Shown in pieces: positions 8,571 to 17,254 of a DNA stretch of 64,000 nt (the first letter of the stretch is position 1; every line of letters starts with the position of its first letter). Made by a program: the position numbers and the translations under genes. The DNA is from an uncultured Candidatus Poseidoniales archaeon (GTDB lineage Archaea; Thermoplasmatota; Poseidoniia; Poseidoniales; Thalassarchaeaceae), in the NCBI GenBank assembly GCA_963990035.1, contig CAXDMJ010000003.1:2974-66973 (forward strand). The letters are read 5' to 3'. The notes under the pieces were generated by a model. The model searched no databases. It was not told the origin of the DNA and saw only the letters and a list, made by a program, of their open reading frames with translations.

Positions 8571-10159
8571 ATTTTGGTGATGTTGTGATAGATATTCAAG
8601 ATATTGAGCTTAATGATTTAGCTCAGGATTTAGGTTCAATTATTCCTGAGGCACCTACTATTGATTCTGAAAAATCACATCTAATAAATAAGGGTGATAA
8701 TGGTGAACTTCTCCAAACTATTACTCGACTGCAAGAATATGAACGCAACTTAGTAAAGTTAGATCGCCTATTCATAAGCCGAGGGTTGAGGTTTGTACTG
8801 ATTATTCCAATATTCGTGATAATATTATATGGTTTAGCTGATTCATTCACAGGTACAGAACCCGATTGGTGGATTAATCATGTTTTACCTGTCATTCCCG
8901 GTAACCTTAGTATCGAAGTAGGATTTTTTTATCTTGCATTTTTCTTTATTATTGCAGACTTAGGACTTTTATCGTTATTATTATTACTTATTTCCATTAC
9001 ACGAAGAATATTCAATCTCCAATCAGAAAGATTAACTAAAACGGGTTTAACTTTCAAAAGTGCTCATGGATATGCAGAAATGAAAGAAACAATCGATGGT
9101 TCATTCAGGCAAGTAATCGCCTCAACTTTCTTGATGTTTCTTTCAGGTCTATTCCTTATTTCAAGTCTGCAATTTTCAGATTTAGTTAGTGGTGAATCAG
9201 TTCTTTTAGCATTTTCAACTGGTTTTCTACTATCAGGCCATGGTGTACACATGGTGTCAAATCGTTCTCGATTTAATACGTGCGAGACTTGGGGAATGCT
9301 TGATTCATTTTCCCCCCCCATCCACCCTGCTCTTTTGAAAAGACCATTTAGCGATGTAATAAGTGCTCATGTAGATCCACTTCTTTCAGTCAGGATATCA
9401 GATTATTTGAGGTCTATTCAACATTCAGTTAATGAAGGAAATAATATTTCTGAATTGCAGGAAAAGTTACTTCATTTATTACATCTCAGAAGAATTGGTT
9501 ATATCGATGAAAAATCATTTAGGTCGGAGTTAGAAATAATGATGCCAGCTCATATTATTGATGAATTATTCAGACATCCTGAACTTGGAGAAGAGACATG
9601 GGAGCGTCTTATTGTTCGAGCTCGTGATCAATGTGCCTCTTTCTTTAGGTTACATGATCGTTTAAGGATGAAAATTGACAGTGGTTTTAATCATGACATA
9701 TGGTTTGATGTTGATATGGAAAACCTAGTTGTTGGTCAGGCGAATTTATTTGCTTATGTTCTTAATTATAGTTCTGAACCAATTAATTTAATTCTTAAAA
9801 TTCAGACTCCAGATTTCAGACCATCAGGTTGCGTATACAAACTTAGAGTCGATCCTTGCAATGAGATTTTAGATGGAAATAATGATGGTTTATCTCTTCA
9901 TAAACTGCCTTTAGTCCTTAAATCAACAAAAATTATTTGGCAGAGTTTATTACCTGAAGAAACTGGTGAAGCGACAGTAACTGTAAGACTAGAAGATGAA
10001 GATGGTAATTTAATTAGTGGAAGAGTTCTAACAGTTCAAAATAGATCTGATCTTTTTACAAGATTAAGGATTTCTATAGGTGCGATTTTCTTAGTAGGTG
10101 CCGGAATAGCAATTTTATCCCCTATACTGCCGTTTTTCACGTCTCTTTTAGGCCTATGA
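8567..10159 (+). CDS. polytopic membrane protein with large soluble beta-rich domain and terminal TM (hypothetical)
   Basis: ATGA overlap with the regulator gene (8567-8570). At least 4 hydrophobic helices between about aa 75 and 235. Ig-like-looking segment NLILKIQTPDFRPSGCVYKLRV...EATVTVRLEDEDGNLISGRVLTVQ. C-terminal helix IGAIFLVGAGIAILSPILPFF. Confidence 0.55.
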   Translation: MNFGDVVIDIQDIELNDLAQDLGSIIPEAPTIDSEKSHLINKGDNGELLQTITRLQEYERNLVKLDRLFISRGLRFVLIIPIFVIILYGLADSFTGTEPDWWINHVLPVIPGNLSIEVGFFYLAFFFIIADLGLLSLLLLLISITRRIFNLQSERLTKTGLTFKSAHGYAEMKETIDGSFRQVIASTFLMFLSGLFLISSLQFSDLVSGESVLLAFSTGFLLSGHGVHMVSNRSRFNTCETWGMLDSFSPPIHPALLKRPFSDVISAHVDPLLSVRISDYLRSIQHSVNEGNNISELQEKLLHLLHLRRIGYIDEKSFRSELEIMMPAHIIDELFRHPELGEETWERLIVRARDQCASFFRLHDRLRMKIDSGFNHDIWFDVDMENLVVGQANLFAYVLNYSSEPINLILKIQTPDFRPSGCVYKLRVDPCNEILDGNNDGLSLHKLPLVLKSTKIIWQSLLPEETGEATVTVRLEDEDGNLISGRVLTVQNRSDLFTRLRISIGAIFLVGAGIAILSPILPFFTSLLGL

Positions 10160-10202
10160 ATCAAGTAGTTCCTTTGAAGAAGGATGTCTTACTCGGCGAC
10201 TC

Positions 10203-11192
10203 GTGACTGATGAGCAGCAGAACCCTGAGGATGACCTTAGAACAAGATTGCATGCTATGGAAACCAAGCTCCGAAGGATGAAGGAACAAAGGAATTCTTT
10301 CAATGAGGATGCTCGACGTGCAGCGGATTCTCGTAATGCTCTGCAGGAACAGAGTAAGGGGATACGTGAATCAATTAAAGAAAAATTGGATGAGCAAAAA
10401 AAAGTTCGAGATCAAGCTCAAGTTTGTAAAGCCAAAAGGGATGAAATTCAAAATCAAATCCGAGAATTAATTAATCAAAATAAAGGTAAGAGAGGAGATG
10501 CTAAAGAGTCTAAATCAGTAGTATTTCAATTATCTGAAATTATTAATGAAATAGAAAAAATTGAAAATACTATGATGACCGATGGTCGTTTAATTTTAGA
10601 AACAGAAAATAAACTTCTAAAGAAATTGAAAGTATTAATTACAAAAAGAAATAAATTAATGCCTGCAATGGAAGAGTTTGAACTAATTAATATTGATATT
10701 GGGGATATGGATGGTTCAATTCGTCTTTTAAAATCAGAAGCTGACAAAGCTCATCAAGAAATGATTGACTTTCATAAACAAGCAGATGCTATATGGGAAG
10801 ATATCAAACCAATGCTTTCAGAAAGAGATTTTTTACGTGCTGAAGCCGATAGATTACATGCAGCATACGTGACTTGCAGAGAATCAGCTAACGAGGTTCA
10901 TGCGAATATGAGTGAATTAATTAGCCAAGTTAATGAAATAAGGGATGAAATGAAAGCGGCTGAGGAAGAACGGCTGAAAGTAATAAAAGACCATAATCAG
11001 TCTGTTAAAGATGCTTTGAAGAAACCTAGTGAAGATGAAGATATGGCTAATTCATTAGCTTCTCAACTACTAGATAGTGGTTCATTAACACTGGGTGGTG
11101 TATTGGGTACGGATTCATCATCAGTAATTATTAAATCTACTAGAGGTAAAAAACAATCACGTAAACTAGGGACTACACGTGGTAAGAAATAA
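10203..11192 (+). CDS. uncharacterised archaeal coiled-coil protein (COG1340-like), paralog 4, with basic C-terminal tail
   Basis: 329 aa. GTG start. Same architecture as the three minus-strand paralogs. C-terminal LLDSGSLTLGGVLG and tail KKQSRKLGTTRGKK, resembling the tail of the 4124-5095 protein. Confidence 0.6.
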   Translation: MTDEQQNPEDDLRTRLHAMETKLRRMKEQRNSFNEDARRAADSRNALQEQSKGIRESIKEKLDEQKKVRDQAQVCKAKRDEIQNQIRELINQNKGKRGDAKESKSVVFQLSEIINEIEKIENTMMTDGRLILETENKLLKKLKVLITKRNKLMPAMEEFELINIDIGDMDGSIRLLKSEADKAHQEMIDFHKQADAIWEDIKPMLSERDFLRAEADRLHAAYVTCRESANEVHANMSELISQVNEIRDEMKAAEEERLKVIKDHNQSVKDALKKPSEDEDMANSLASQLLDSGSLTLGGVLGTDSSSVIIKSTRGKKQSRKLGTTRGKK

Positions 11193-11194
11193 TC

Positions 11195-12184
11195 TTACCA
11201 TCCTCTTTCTTCCATTCTTACATCTAGGCTTTCAATTTCTAAGCCAGGCATTGCCTCTCCAATCATTCTACTAGCCTCAGCAACTGAATCAGCATCTTGA
11301 TATCTGTGAGTAGCCAGAACTATTGCTTCTGCAGTAGTTTTAGGGTCCGAACTTTTGAATATACCTGAACCAACGAAAATACCATCCATACCATGATTCA
11401 TCATTAGAGCGGCATCTGCTGGAGTAGCTATTCCTCCTGCTGAGAAAGTCACAACTGGTAATCTTCCACGTTCTACTACTTCTGTGAGGATTGTTGAAAC
11501 CTCTTTTCGTAGATCTTCTATATCTCCAAAAGGTGTTTGACTTATTGAAAGATTAAATTTTGATGCACTTGGTACTCTATTAAAACCCTTCATAATTTCT
11601 TCTACCATTATGTCTCGGCCTTTTGAATCAATATTTTTTGCATATGAAATTTCTTCTTTAACTAATCTCGCATGCTGAACTGCACTGACTACATTCCCTG
11701 TTCCTGCTTCACCTTTTGTTCGTATCATTGCAGCACCTTCAGCGACTCTTCTTATCGCTTCTCCTAAATTTGTACAACCACATACGAATGGAATTGTGAA
11801 ATTATTTTTAGCAATATGGTAGAATGGATCAGCAGGTGTTAATACTTCAGATTCATCAATCATATCTACCCCAAGTGATTGTAGAACTCTTGCTTCATCA
11901 TCATGGCCAATTCTTGCCTTAGCCATGACAGGTATACTTGTTGTTTCAATTATTTCAGTAATCATGTCTGGATGACTCATTCGTGCTACTCCACCCTGTG
12001 CTCTAATGTCTGCAGGAACCCTCTCTAGAGCCATTACTGATACTGCTCCAGCATCTTCAGCAATATGTGCTTCTTCCGGAGTCACAACATCCATTATGAC
12101 GCCTCCTTCTTGCATTTTTGCAAATCCGCGCTTGAGTAAAGATGTCCCATGCCTCAAGTTTGTGAAGTCGATACTTTCATTCAT
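11195..12184 (-). CDS. pdxS: pyridoxal 5'-phosphate synthase subunit PdxS
   Basis: [72 protein letters not shown] and [22 protein letters not shown] are hallmark PdxS blocks. Confidence 0.9.
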   Translation of the reverse strand: MNESIDFTNLRHGTSLLKRGFAKMQEGGVIMDVVTPEEAHIAEDAGAVSVMALERVPADIRAQGGVARMSHPDMITEIIETTSIPVMAKARIGHDDEARVLQSLGVDMIDESEVLTPADPFYHIAKNNFTIPFVCGCTNLGEAIRRVAEGAAMIRTKGEAGTGNVVSAVQHARLVKEEISYAKNIDSKGRDIMVEEIMKGFNRVPSASKFNLSISQTPFGDIEDLRKEVSTILTEVVERGRLPVVTFSAGGIATPADAALMMNHGMDGIFVGSGIFKSSDPKTTAEAIVLATHRYQDADSVAEASRMIGEAMPGLEIESLDVRMEERGW

Positions 12185-12243
12185 AACTAATCGTCATGGC
12201 TTTCATTGATGAACCTATGTTCACAAAATACTAATTTTTTAAA

Positions 12244-12522
12244 TTAAGAATCTGCTAAAACAGGTGAGTCCCCTTCTGCAATAGGCAGGTCTGGAGATTC
12301 ATTTTCATTTCTTTCTAACCAATGTTCTTGATCATCTGGTATATCAGTATCTGCAAATATTGCACCTACTGGACATTCAGGGATACAAGCAGCACAATCT
12401 ATGCACTCATCCGGATCAATCACAAGGTATGTTTCGTGTTCTCTAAAGGCTTCTACGGGGCATACTGCTACGCAATCTTGGTACTTGTGCATAACACAAG
12501 CATCTGTTACTACATGGGTCAC
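12244..12522 (-). CDS. 7Fe-type (3Fe-4S/4Fe-4S) ferredoxin, FdxA-like
   Basis: THVVTDACVMHKYQDCVAVCPVEAF...DECIDCAACIPECPVGAIF. The family normally begins M-T-(Y/H)-V-V, so the GTG at 12522 is the likely start (the ORF track opens at ATG 12546). Confidence 0.8.
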   Translation of the reverse strand: MTHVVTDACVMHKYQDCVAVCPVEAFREHETYLVIDPDECIDCAACIPECPVGAIFADTDIPDDQEHWLERNENESPDLPIAEGDSPVLADS

Positions 12523-12583
12523 ATTACGTCGAGTAAGATGGTACATAAGAATACTTGTATATCTAATGTTTATAATTCATCTT

Positions 12584-13024
12584 TCAAGCGTCATTTATCA
12601 TTGTTTCAATTAAATTAGAAATTATCTCAATCTCAGAATCACCTGGATAAGATTCAATTTTGAATCTCCCCTTAACTGTAGCTGATGTTGTATTCTTGTT
12701 AGCTAAACAAATTTCTCCTCTTACGAGTTTATCTAACTCTAATCTAACATGCAAATACTTAGAATCATCAACTCTATTTTCTATACCATCTTCTAAGATT
12801 TGTTTTAGTACTACTTCTCCTAAATTTTTTAGTGAATTAATAGATTGTTTTTTTTTCATGATTTGGGCAGTTATTGAAAATTGTTGTGCTCCATGGAATG
12901 ATTTATCTTTAATTTTATTAATTTTAGGATTCTCTCCAGATATCCATTTCAATGATTCCTCAACCAGTTCCATATTATCCAATGCACTGGTATTGACTCT
13001 CCATATGACGCTGTGTAGACCCAT
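12584..13024 (-). CDS. small RNA-binding-domain protein (predicted exosome-associated family, COG1325-like)
   Basis: 146 aa. Pattern SFHGAQQFSITAQI ... LHVRLELDKLVRGEICLA resembles the archaeal 'predicted exosome subunit' family. Recalled by pattern only. Confidence 0.4.
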   Translation of the reverse strand: MGLHSVIWRVNTSALDNMELVEESLKWISGENPKINKIKDKSFHGAQQFSITAQIMKKKQSINSLKNLGEVVLKQILEDGIENRVDDSKYLHVRLELDKLVRGEICLANKNTTSATVKGRFKIESYPGDSEIEIISNLIETMINDA

Positions 13025-13168
13025 GTCTATTCCTGAAGCCTTCTAGTCTTGAATGCGACGCTTTTCAATATGATTCTAACTGTGTTTATTACGTTTCGTT
13101 CATATACTGCATGAAAGTCGCATGGCTCGCAAACGGGGCAGCCCCCGATACATAAGGAGTCGTTGAAA

Positions 13169-14047
13169 ATGGCAAAAGGAGCATCAGCAAGAGCAGCGGC
13201 ACGTAAACAGAGAGACAAGTGGAAGTCCAAGCGATGGTACACAATCAGGGCTCCTAGAACTCCATGGTCATTTAGAGTGATAGGTGAGACTCTAGCTGAA
13301 GAACCTGAACAACTGATTGGTAGACACTATGAAGTTATTCAGAATGAGTTAGATGGCGATTTCTCAAAGATGCATGTTAAGGTTGTATTCAGAGTTACTG
13401 ATGTTCTAGGTAATGACGCAATTACTGAATTTGTAGGTCATGAATTATTGAAAGATCACGTGCGAAGGCAAGTCAGAAGAGATCGTGGTAAAATCGATGA
13501 TACTATTGATGTCATAACTGAAGATGGCTATTATGTTCGTTTCAAACCGTTAATGATTTCAAGAGGTCGAATTAAGTCAAGTCAGAAGCAACAAATGAGG
13601 ACTCTAGCAAGAGAAGTTATTCTAAAAACTGGTGCGACATCTACATGGTATAAACTACAAGCATCAACATTAGATGGTACTCTTGAAACTATGATTAAAG
13701 AGGCAGTTTCTAAAATCCAACCTGTTCGAACAGTTGTCATTCGTCGAACACAACTTCTCCAAGCCGGAGTTATAGTTGAGGATGGTCCAACTCTTGATGA
13801 GGTTCATGCACAAGAGAAAGAAGAAAATGATGCAGCTAAATCATCATCAGAAGATATTACTGATGAATCAATTGAGGATGTAGAATCAGATGAAGTATCC
13901 GAATCAGACGCTGAATCCGCATCTGATGAATCAGAAGATATTGACTATTCATCAATGACTGTACCGCAATTAAAGGAATTACTCAAGGAAGCAGGGAAAC
14001 CAGTTTCTGGTAAAAAAGCAGATCTTATTGATAGACTCAATGAGTAA
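13169..14047 (+). CDS. rps3ae: 30S ribosomal protein S3Ae (eS1) fused to an acidic linker and a C-terminal SAP/HeH motif
   Basis: KQRDKWKSKRWYTIRAP...FRV N-terminus is typical of S3Ae. AGGAG at 13155-13159 precedes ATG 13169. The last ~32 aa, MTVPQLKELLKEAGKPVSGKKADLIDRL, fit the SAP consensus. Confidence 0.85.
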   Translation: MAKGASARAAARKQRDKWKSKRWYTIRAPRTPWSFRVIGETLAEEPEQLIGRHYEVIQNELDGDFSKMHVKVVFRVTDVLGNDAITEFVGHELLKDHVRRQVRRDRGKIDDTIDVITEDGYYVRFKPLMISRGRIKSSQKQQMRTLAREVILKTGATSTWYKLQASTLDGTLETMIKEAVSKIQPVRTVVIRRTQLLQAGVIVEDGPTLDEVHAQEKEENDAAKSSSEDITDESIEDVESDEVSESDAESASDESEDIDYSSMTVPQLKELLKEAGKPVSGKKADLIDRLNE

Positions 14048-14077
14048 TTTGTTTTTAGATAAGAACATGAACCTCTA

Positions 14078-14851
14078 ATGGAGGCGAAGGTCATGACTCG
14101 TGTGGTAGTGATATGTGGCACGGGTATGAGTGATTTATCAAAAGATTATCAGAAAGACAATAATTTACTATTATCTGAACTAAGAATTGATACTGAATGG
14201 GGGCAAGTTCCCTTATCTGTTATAGAAAAAGATGAGAATAAAATATTTGTTTTAGATCGTCATCATTCTAAATCTGATAAGCGTAATCCACCACATAAAA
14301 TTGAACATAGAGCAAATATTCACGCCGCATTGAGTTGCGATCCTGCGATAATCCTTAGTGTCAATTCCGTCGGTTCTATGAGAGAAGATTTTCCACCTGG
14401 AGAAATCGGAATTACGGGTGATATCATCGATCTAACTCAAATACCATGGACTTTTTTTGATAATGATGCTATTCATTCTGATAGGACTTTAACCTTTGAT
14501 GAGAAAGCAATCTCATGTTGTGAAAACATATTATTGGATAAACAATCAACTGTTTTGAAAGGACTAATTGTAGCTCAATGCATAGGTCCTCAATTTGAAA
14601 CACCATCTGAAATCGATGCTTTAGTGCAACTTGGTGCCGACATAGTTGGTATGACCTTAGGTCCGGAACATCGTCTGATTTCTGAATTCAAAATCCCTCA
14701 TGTTGCCTTAGCATGCTCGTCAAATTGGGCTGCTGGAAGAACTCCTGGTAATCGCAATGCCGAAATAAATCATCATGAAGTTGATTCAATGGCAGCAACT
14801 TTAAGAATTAGAGTAATAGAATGTATTAACTCCTTAATCGAAAATTTCTGA
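14078..14851 (+). CDS. purine nucleoside / 5'-methylthioadenosine phosphorylase family protein
   Basis: VLDRHH...PPHKIEHRANIHAAL...SVNSVGSM...GPQFETPSEIDALVQLGADIVGMTLGPE is the PNP/MTAP (PNP_UDP_1) pattern. Confidence 0.6.
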   Translation: MEAKVMTRVVVICGTGMSDLSKDYQKDNNLLLSELRIDTEWGQVPLSVIEKDENKIFVLDRHHSKSDKRNPPHKIEHRANIHAALSCDPAIILSVNSVGSMREDFPPGEIGITGDIIDLTQIPWTFFDNDAIHSDRTLTFDEKAISCCENILLDKQSTVLKGLIVAQCIGPQFETPSEIDALVQLGADIVGMTLGPEHRLISEFKIPHVALACSSNWAAGRTPGNRNAEINHHEVDSMAATLRIRVIECINSLIENF

Positions 14852-14966
14852 AAATTTTAAGAAAATAATAGTTTTAATTTTATTCTTTATCTCTCATTCT
14901 AGTGATGAATTACGTGACTATCCTCATGGATTAATTTGATGACCTTACCCCCTTGAGTTACAACTG

Positions 14967-15353
14967 ATGTCACCGTTGAGTGTAGATGAATGGATGAATT
15001 TTGATAAATTTGAAGATACTAATCGATCATGGAATCTAATGATGCATAAGGTGGCTTCTTTCCATTCTAAACATGATTTTGCAGATCCAATCAACAACGG
15101 TCATGATATGGGCTATCGAATTGCACTTACAGTAGAAGAACTAGGTGAATTTGCGGCAGCTATTACAAAAGGCAAACCTGATGAAGAAGCCGCTGAAGAA
15201 TTAGCGGATTTATTAATTCTAATTCTCGGGCACTCTTTAGCACTCGAAGTCGATCTATATGACGAATTCAATAAAAAAATAGAAAAAATCATGCATCGAC
15301 CAGCAAGACACACTAAGTTAGGAATTCGTATAACCGAATACAGTGACGAATAA
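14967..15353 (+). CDS. MazG-like nucleotide pyrophosphohydrolase domain protein
   Basis: EELGEFAAAITKGKPDEEAAEELADLLILILGHS is the typical MazG EExxE...ExxD helical motif. Confidence 0.6.
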   Translation: MSPLSVDEWMNFDKFEDTNRSWNLMMHKVASFHSKHDFADPINNGHDMGYRIALTVEELGEFAAAITKGKPDEEAAEELADLLILILGHSLALEVDLYDEFNKKIEKIMHRPARHTKLGIRITEYSDE

Positions 15354-15365
15354 ACATACACTTAT

Positions 15366-16838
15366 TTGCTCCCCTCTAGTAAAAAGTATGTGATTGTATT
15401 AGTTCGTACGTATTTTATTTGTTTCATTCTTTTGTCATGCATGGCTGTAGGTTGCATCGGTAAATCAGATATGGATTCAGATAATGTTATGGATGATGTT
15501 GATAATTGTATCGAGATATTTAATTCTAATCAGTTGAATTATGATAATGATGAGTTTGGAGATTTGTGTGATGATGATGATGATAATGATTTAATACTAG
15601 ACATTGATGATTCTCATCCCTTAGATGAATCTGAGTCATCTGATTTAGATAGTGATGGTATCGGTGATAATTCTGATAATGATATCGATGGTGATGGCAT
15701 AGATAACGCTGATGATGATTATCCTCTTGATTCCAATGAAAAATGGGATACTGATTCAGATGGAATACCCAATGGTATTGATGATGATGATGACGGTGAT
15801 GGCATCAGTGACTTAGAAGATCAGTTCGATCTAACTCCATTTTCCTCTCTTTTAGGGGATGGTCCTTTTACTGCTGGGACACGAGATTTGACATTTAATT
15901 CTCCAAGAGGTCACGAAATCACATTACAAATATGGTTCCCTGCAATAGATGAATCAGGTTCTAAAGTAATATATAATAATGTACTTCCAGGATTTGCTTT
16001 AGATGATATTACTCCTGATTGTTCAGAACCTAGGCCTGTCAGTATTTACAGTCATGGTTTCCCTAGTATTAGGTGGGGTTCAGCATTTATGATGGAAAAT
16101 TTAGCAACCCATGGTTTTATTTCGATAGCTCCAGATCATAGATATGGCACTCTTCTTGATGCTAATCCAGATAAAATAGGTGAAATTTTATTATCGATGC
16201 CTTTGGATATCAGAGAAAGTTTTGATTGGTTAATCGAACAAAGTAATGGAGATGGAGAATTAAGTAATTGCATTATTGAAGAAAATGGATACTCTATCAT
16301 TGGTCAATCTACAGGTGGATATGCCTCTATGATGATTTCTGGTGCAGAAATTTCATTATCTGATTTGGAGTTAGGATGTGAAATTAATAATCCTATACAT
16401 TGCAATGCAATTGATTTCTTGTCTCAAAATAATGAACTAAACGACATAATATTACTAGGCGATGATAGAGTATGGGCTTCAATACTACTATCTCCTTGGA
16501 ATGGAACAGTACTCAACCAAGGAATCTCTCGTGTATCAGTTCCAACTTTGATTTTAACTGGTGATATAGATGATACTACAGTAATTTCAGAAGTTAATAA
16601 TACATCTTTGAGGTTAGGTAGTTATCTTGTCAATTATGGCATTTTCAATAACTCTGGGCATTATGCATTTGCTCCTATCGGTTGTGCAGTTAGGGGATGT
16701 GAGGGGCAACTAGATATTGGTATCTCCACTGATTTAGCGAATGAATCTGCAATTATTTTTCTAGCACAGGAACTTAATTGGCCAAGCTCAGAATTGTATG
16801 ATTATCCTATTTCTGAGCATATTACTTGGAAGTACTAG
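15366..16838 (+). CDS. secreted protein: thrombospondin type-3-like Ca-binding Asp repeats plus C-terminal alpha/beta-hydrolase (esterase/lipase-like)
   Basis: Hydrophobic N-terminus with LSCMAVGCIG. Repeats DSDGIGDNSDNDIDGDGIDNADDD and DTDSDGIPNGIDDDDDGDGISD. Nucleophile elbow IGQSTGGY (G-x-S-x-G) in the C-terminal half. Confidence 0.6.
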   Translation: MLPSSKKYVIVLVRTYFICFILLSCMAVGCIGKSDMDSDNVMDDVDNCIEIFNSNQLNYDNDEFGDLCDDDDDNDLILDIDDSHPLDESESSDLDSDGIGDNSDNDIDGDGIDNADDDYPLDSNEKWDTDSDGIPNGIDDDDDGDGISDLEDQFDLTPFSSLLGDGPFTAGTRDLTFNSPRGHEITLQIWFPAIDESGSKVIYNNVLPGFALDDITPDCSEPRPVSIYSHGFPSIRWGSAFMMENLATHGFISIAPDHRYGTLLDANPDKIGEILLSMPLDIRESFDWLIEQSNGDGELSNCIIEENGYSIIGQSTGGYASMMISGAEISLSDLELGCEINNPIHCNAIDFLSQNNELNDIILLGDDRVWASILLSPWNGTVLNQGISRVSVPTLILTGDIDDTTVISEVNNTSLRLGSYLVNYGIFNNSGHYAFAPIGCAVRGCEGQLDIGISTDLANESAIIFLAQELNWPSSELYDYPISEHITWKY

Positions 16839-16864
16839 TTGCTATTACAAAATATGTTATTTAA

Positions 16865-17254
16865 TTATTTTTTTTGTTCAGGTATCATACATATATCTGG
16901 TTTAGAGAATATTTTATGCCGATTTTTAGAAATTATTTTATAGATGAAATCTCTAAATGGTAGAGGTATAATCCACAGAAAAGGATACCAGATTTTATAG
17001 TGCCATTTCATATAAAGTAAACATCGTATTCCTGCCGCTGATCTAATATATGATTTTTCATTTCGAATAAGATAGACAGTATCTGCTTCTTGTTGATTAA
17101 TTGAAAATGTTTTGATAATTTCCTGCCCCTCTTCACTTTGGTTAGTTACGAAATTTAGATTCTCTTTGATATTTAATCGCGGATACAAAAATACTGCCAT
17201 TCTATTGCATAGGCCACATTCTCCATCTAATAATAATATGTCATTAGTAATCAT
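16865..17254 (-). CDS. thiol-disulfide oxidoreductase DCC family protein (DUF393)
   Basis: N-terminal LLLDGECGLCNRMAVFL (CxxC) typical of the DCC family. 11-nt overlap with the upstream gene. Confidence 0.65.
   Translation of the reverse strand: MITNDILLLDGECGLCNRMAVFLYPRLNIKENLNFVTNQSEEGQEIIKTFSINQQEADTVYLIRNEKSYIRSAAGIRCLLYMKWHYKIWYPFLWIIPLPFRDFIYKIISKNRHKIFSKPDICMIPEQKK

Noticed and set aside
13135-13145. GGGGCAGCCCC palindrome in the rps3ae 5' leader, considered as a possible regulatory hairpin.
   Set aside because: The stem would be only 4-5 bp with a 1-3 nt loop, which is too small to support a claim without conservation data.
12322-13242. Several 70-128 aa ORFs (12322-12618 +, 12401-12613 +, 12660-13046 +, 13027-13242 -).
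   Set aside because: They are antisense to or overlap the ferredoxin, the RNA-binding-domain gene and the rps3ae leader. Their translations are low-complexity or hydrophobic junk, while the partner frames carry clear family motifs.
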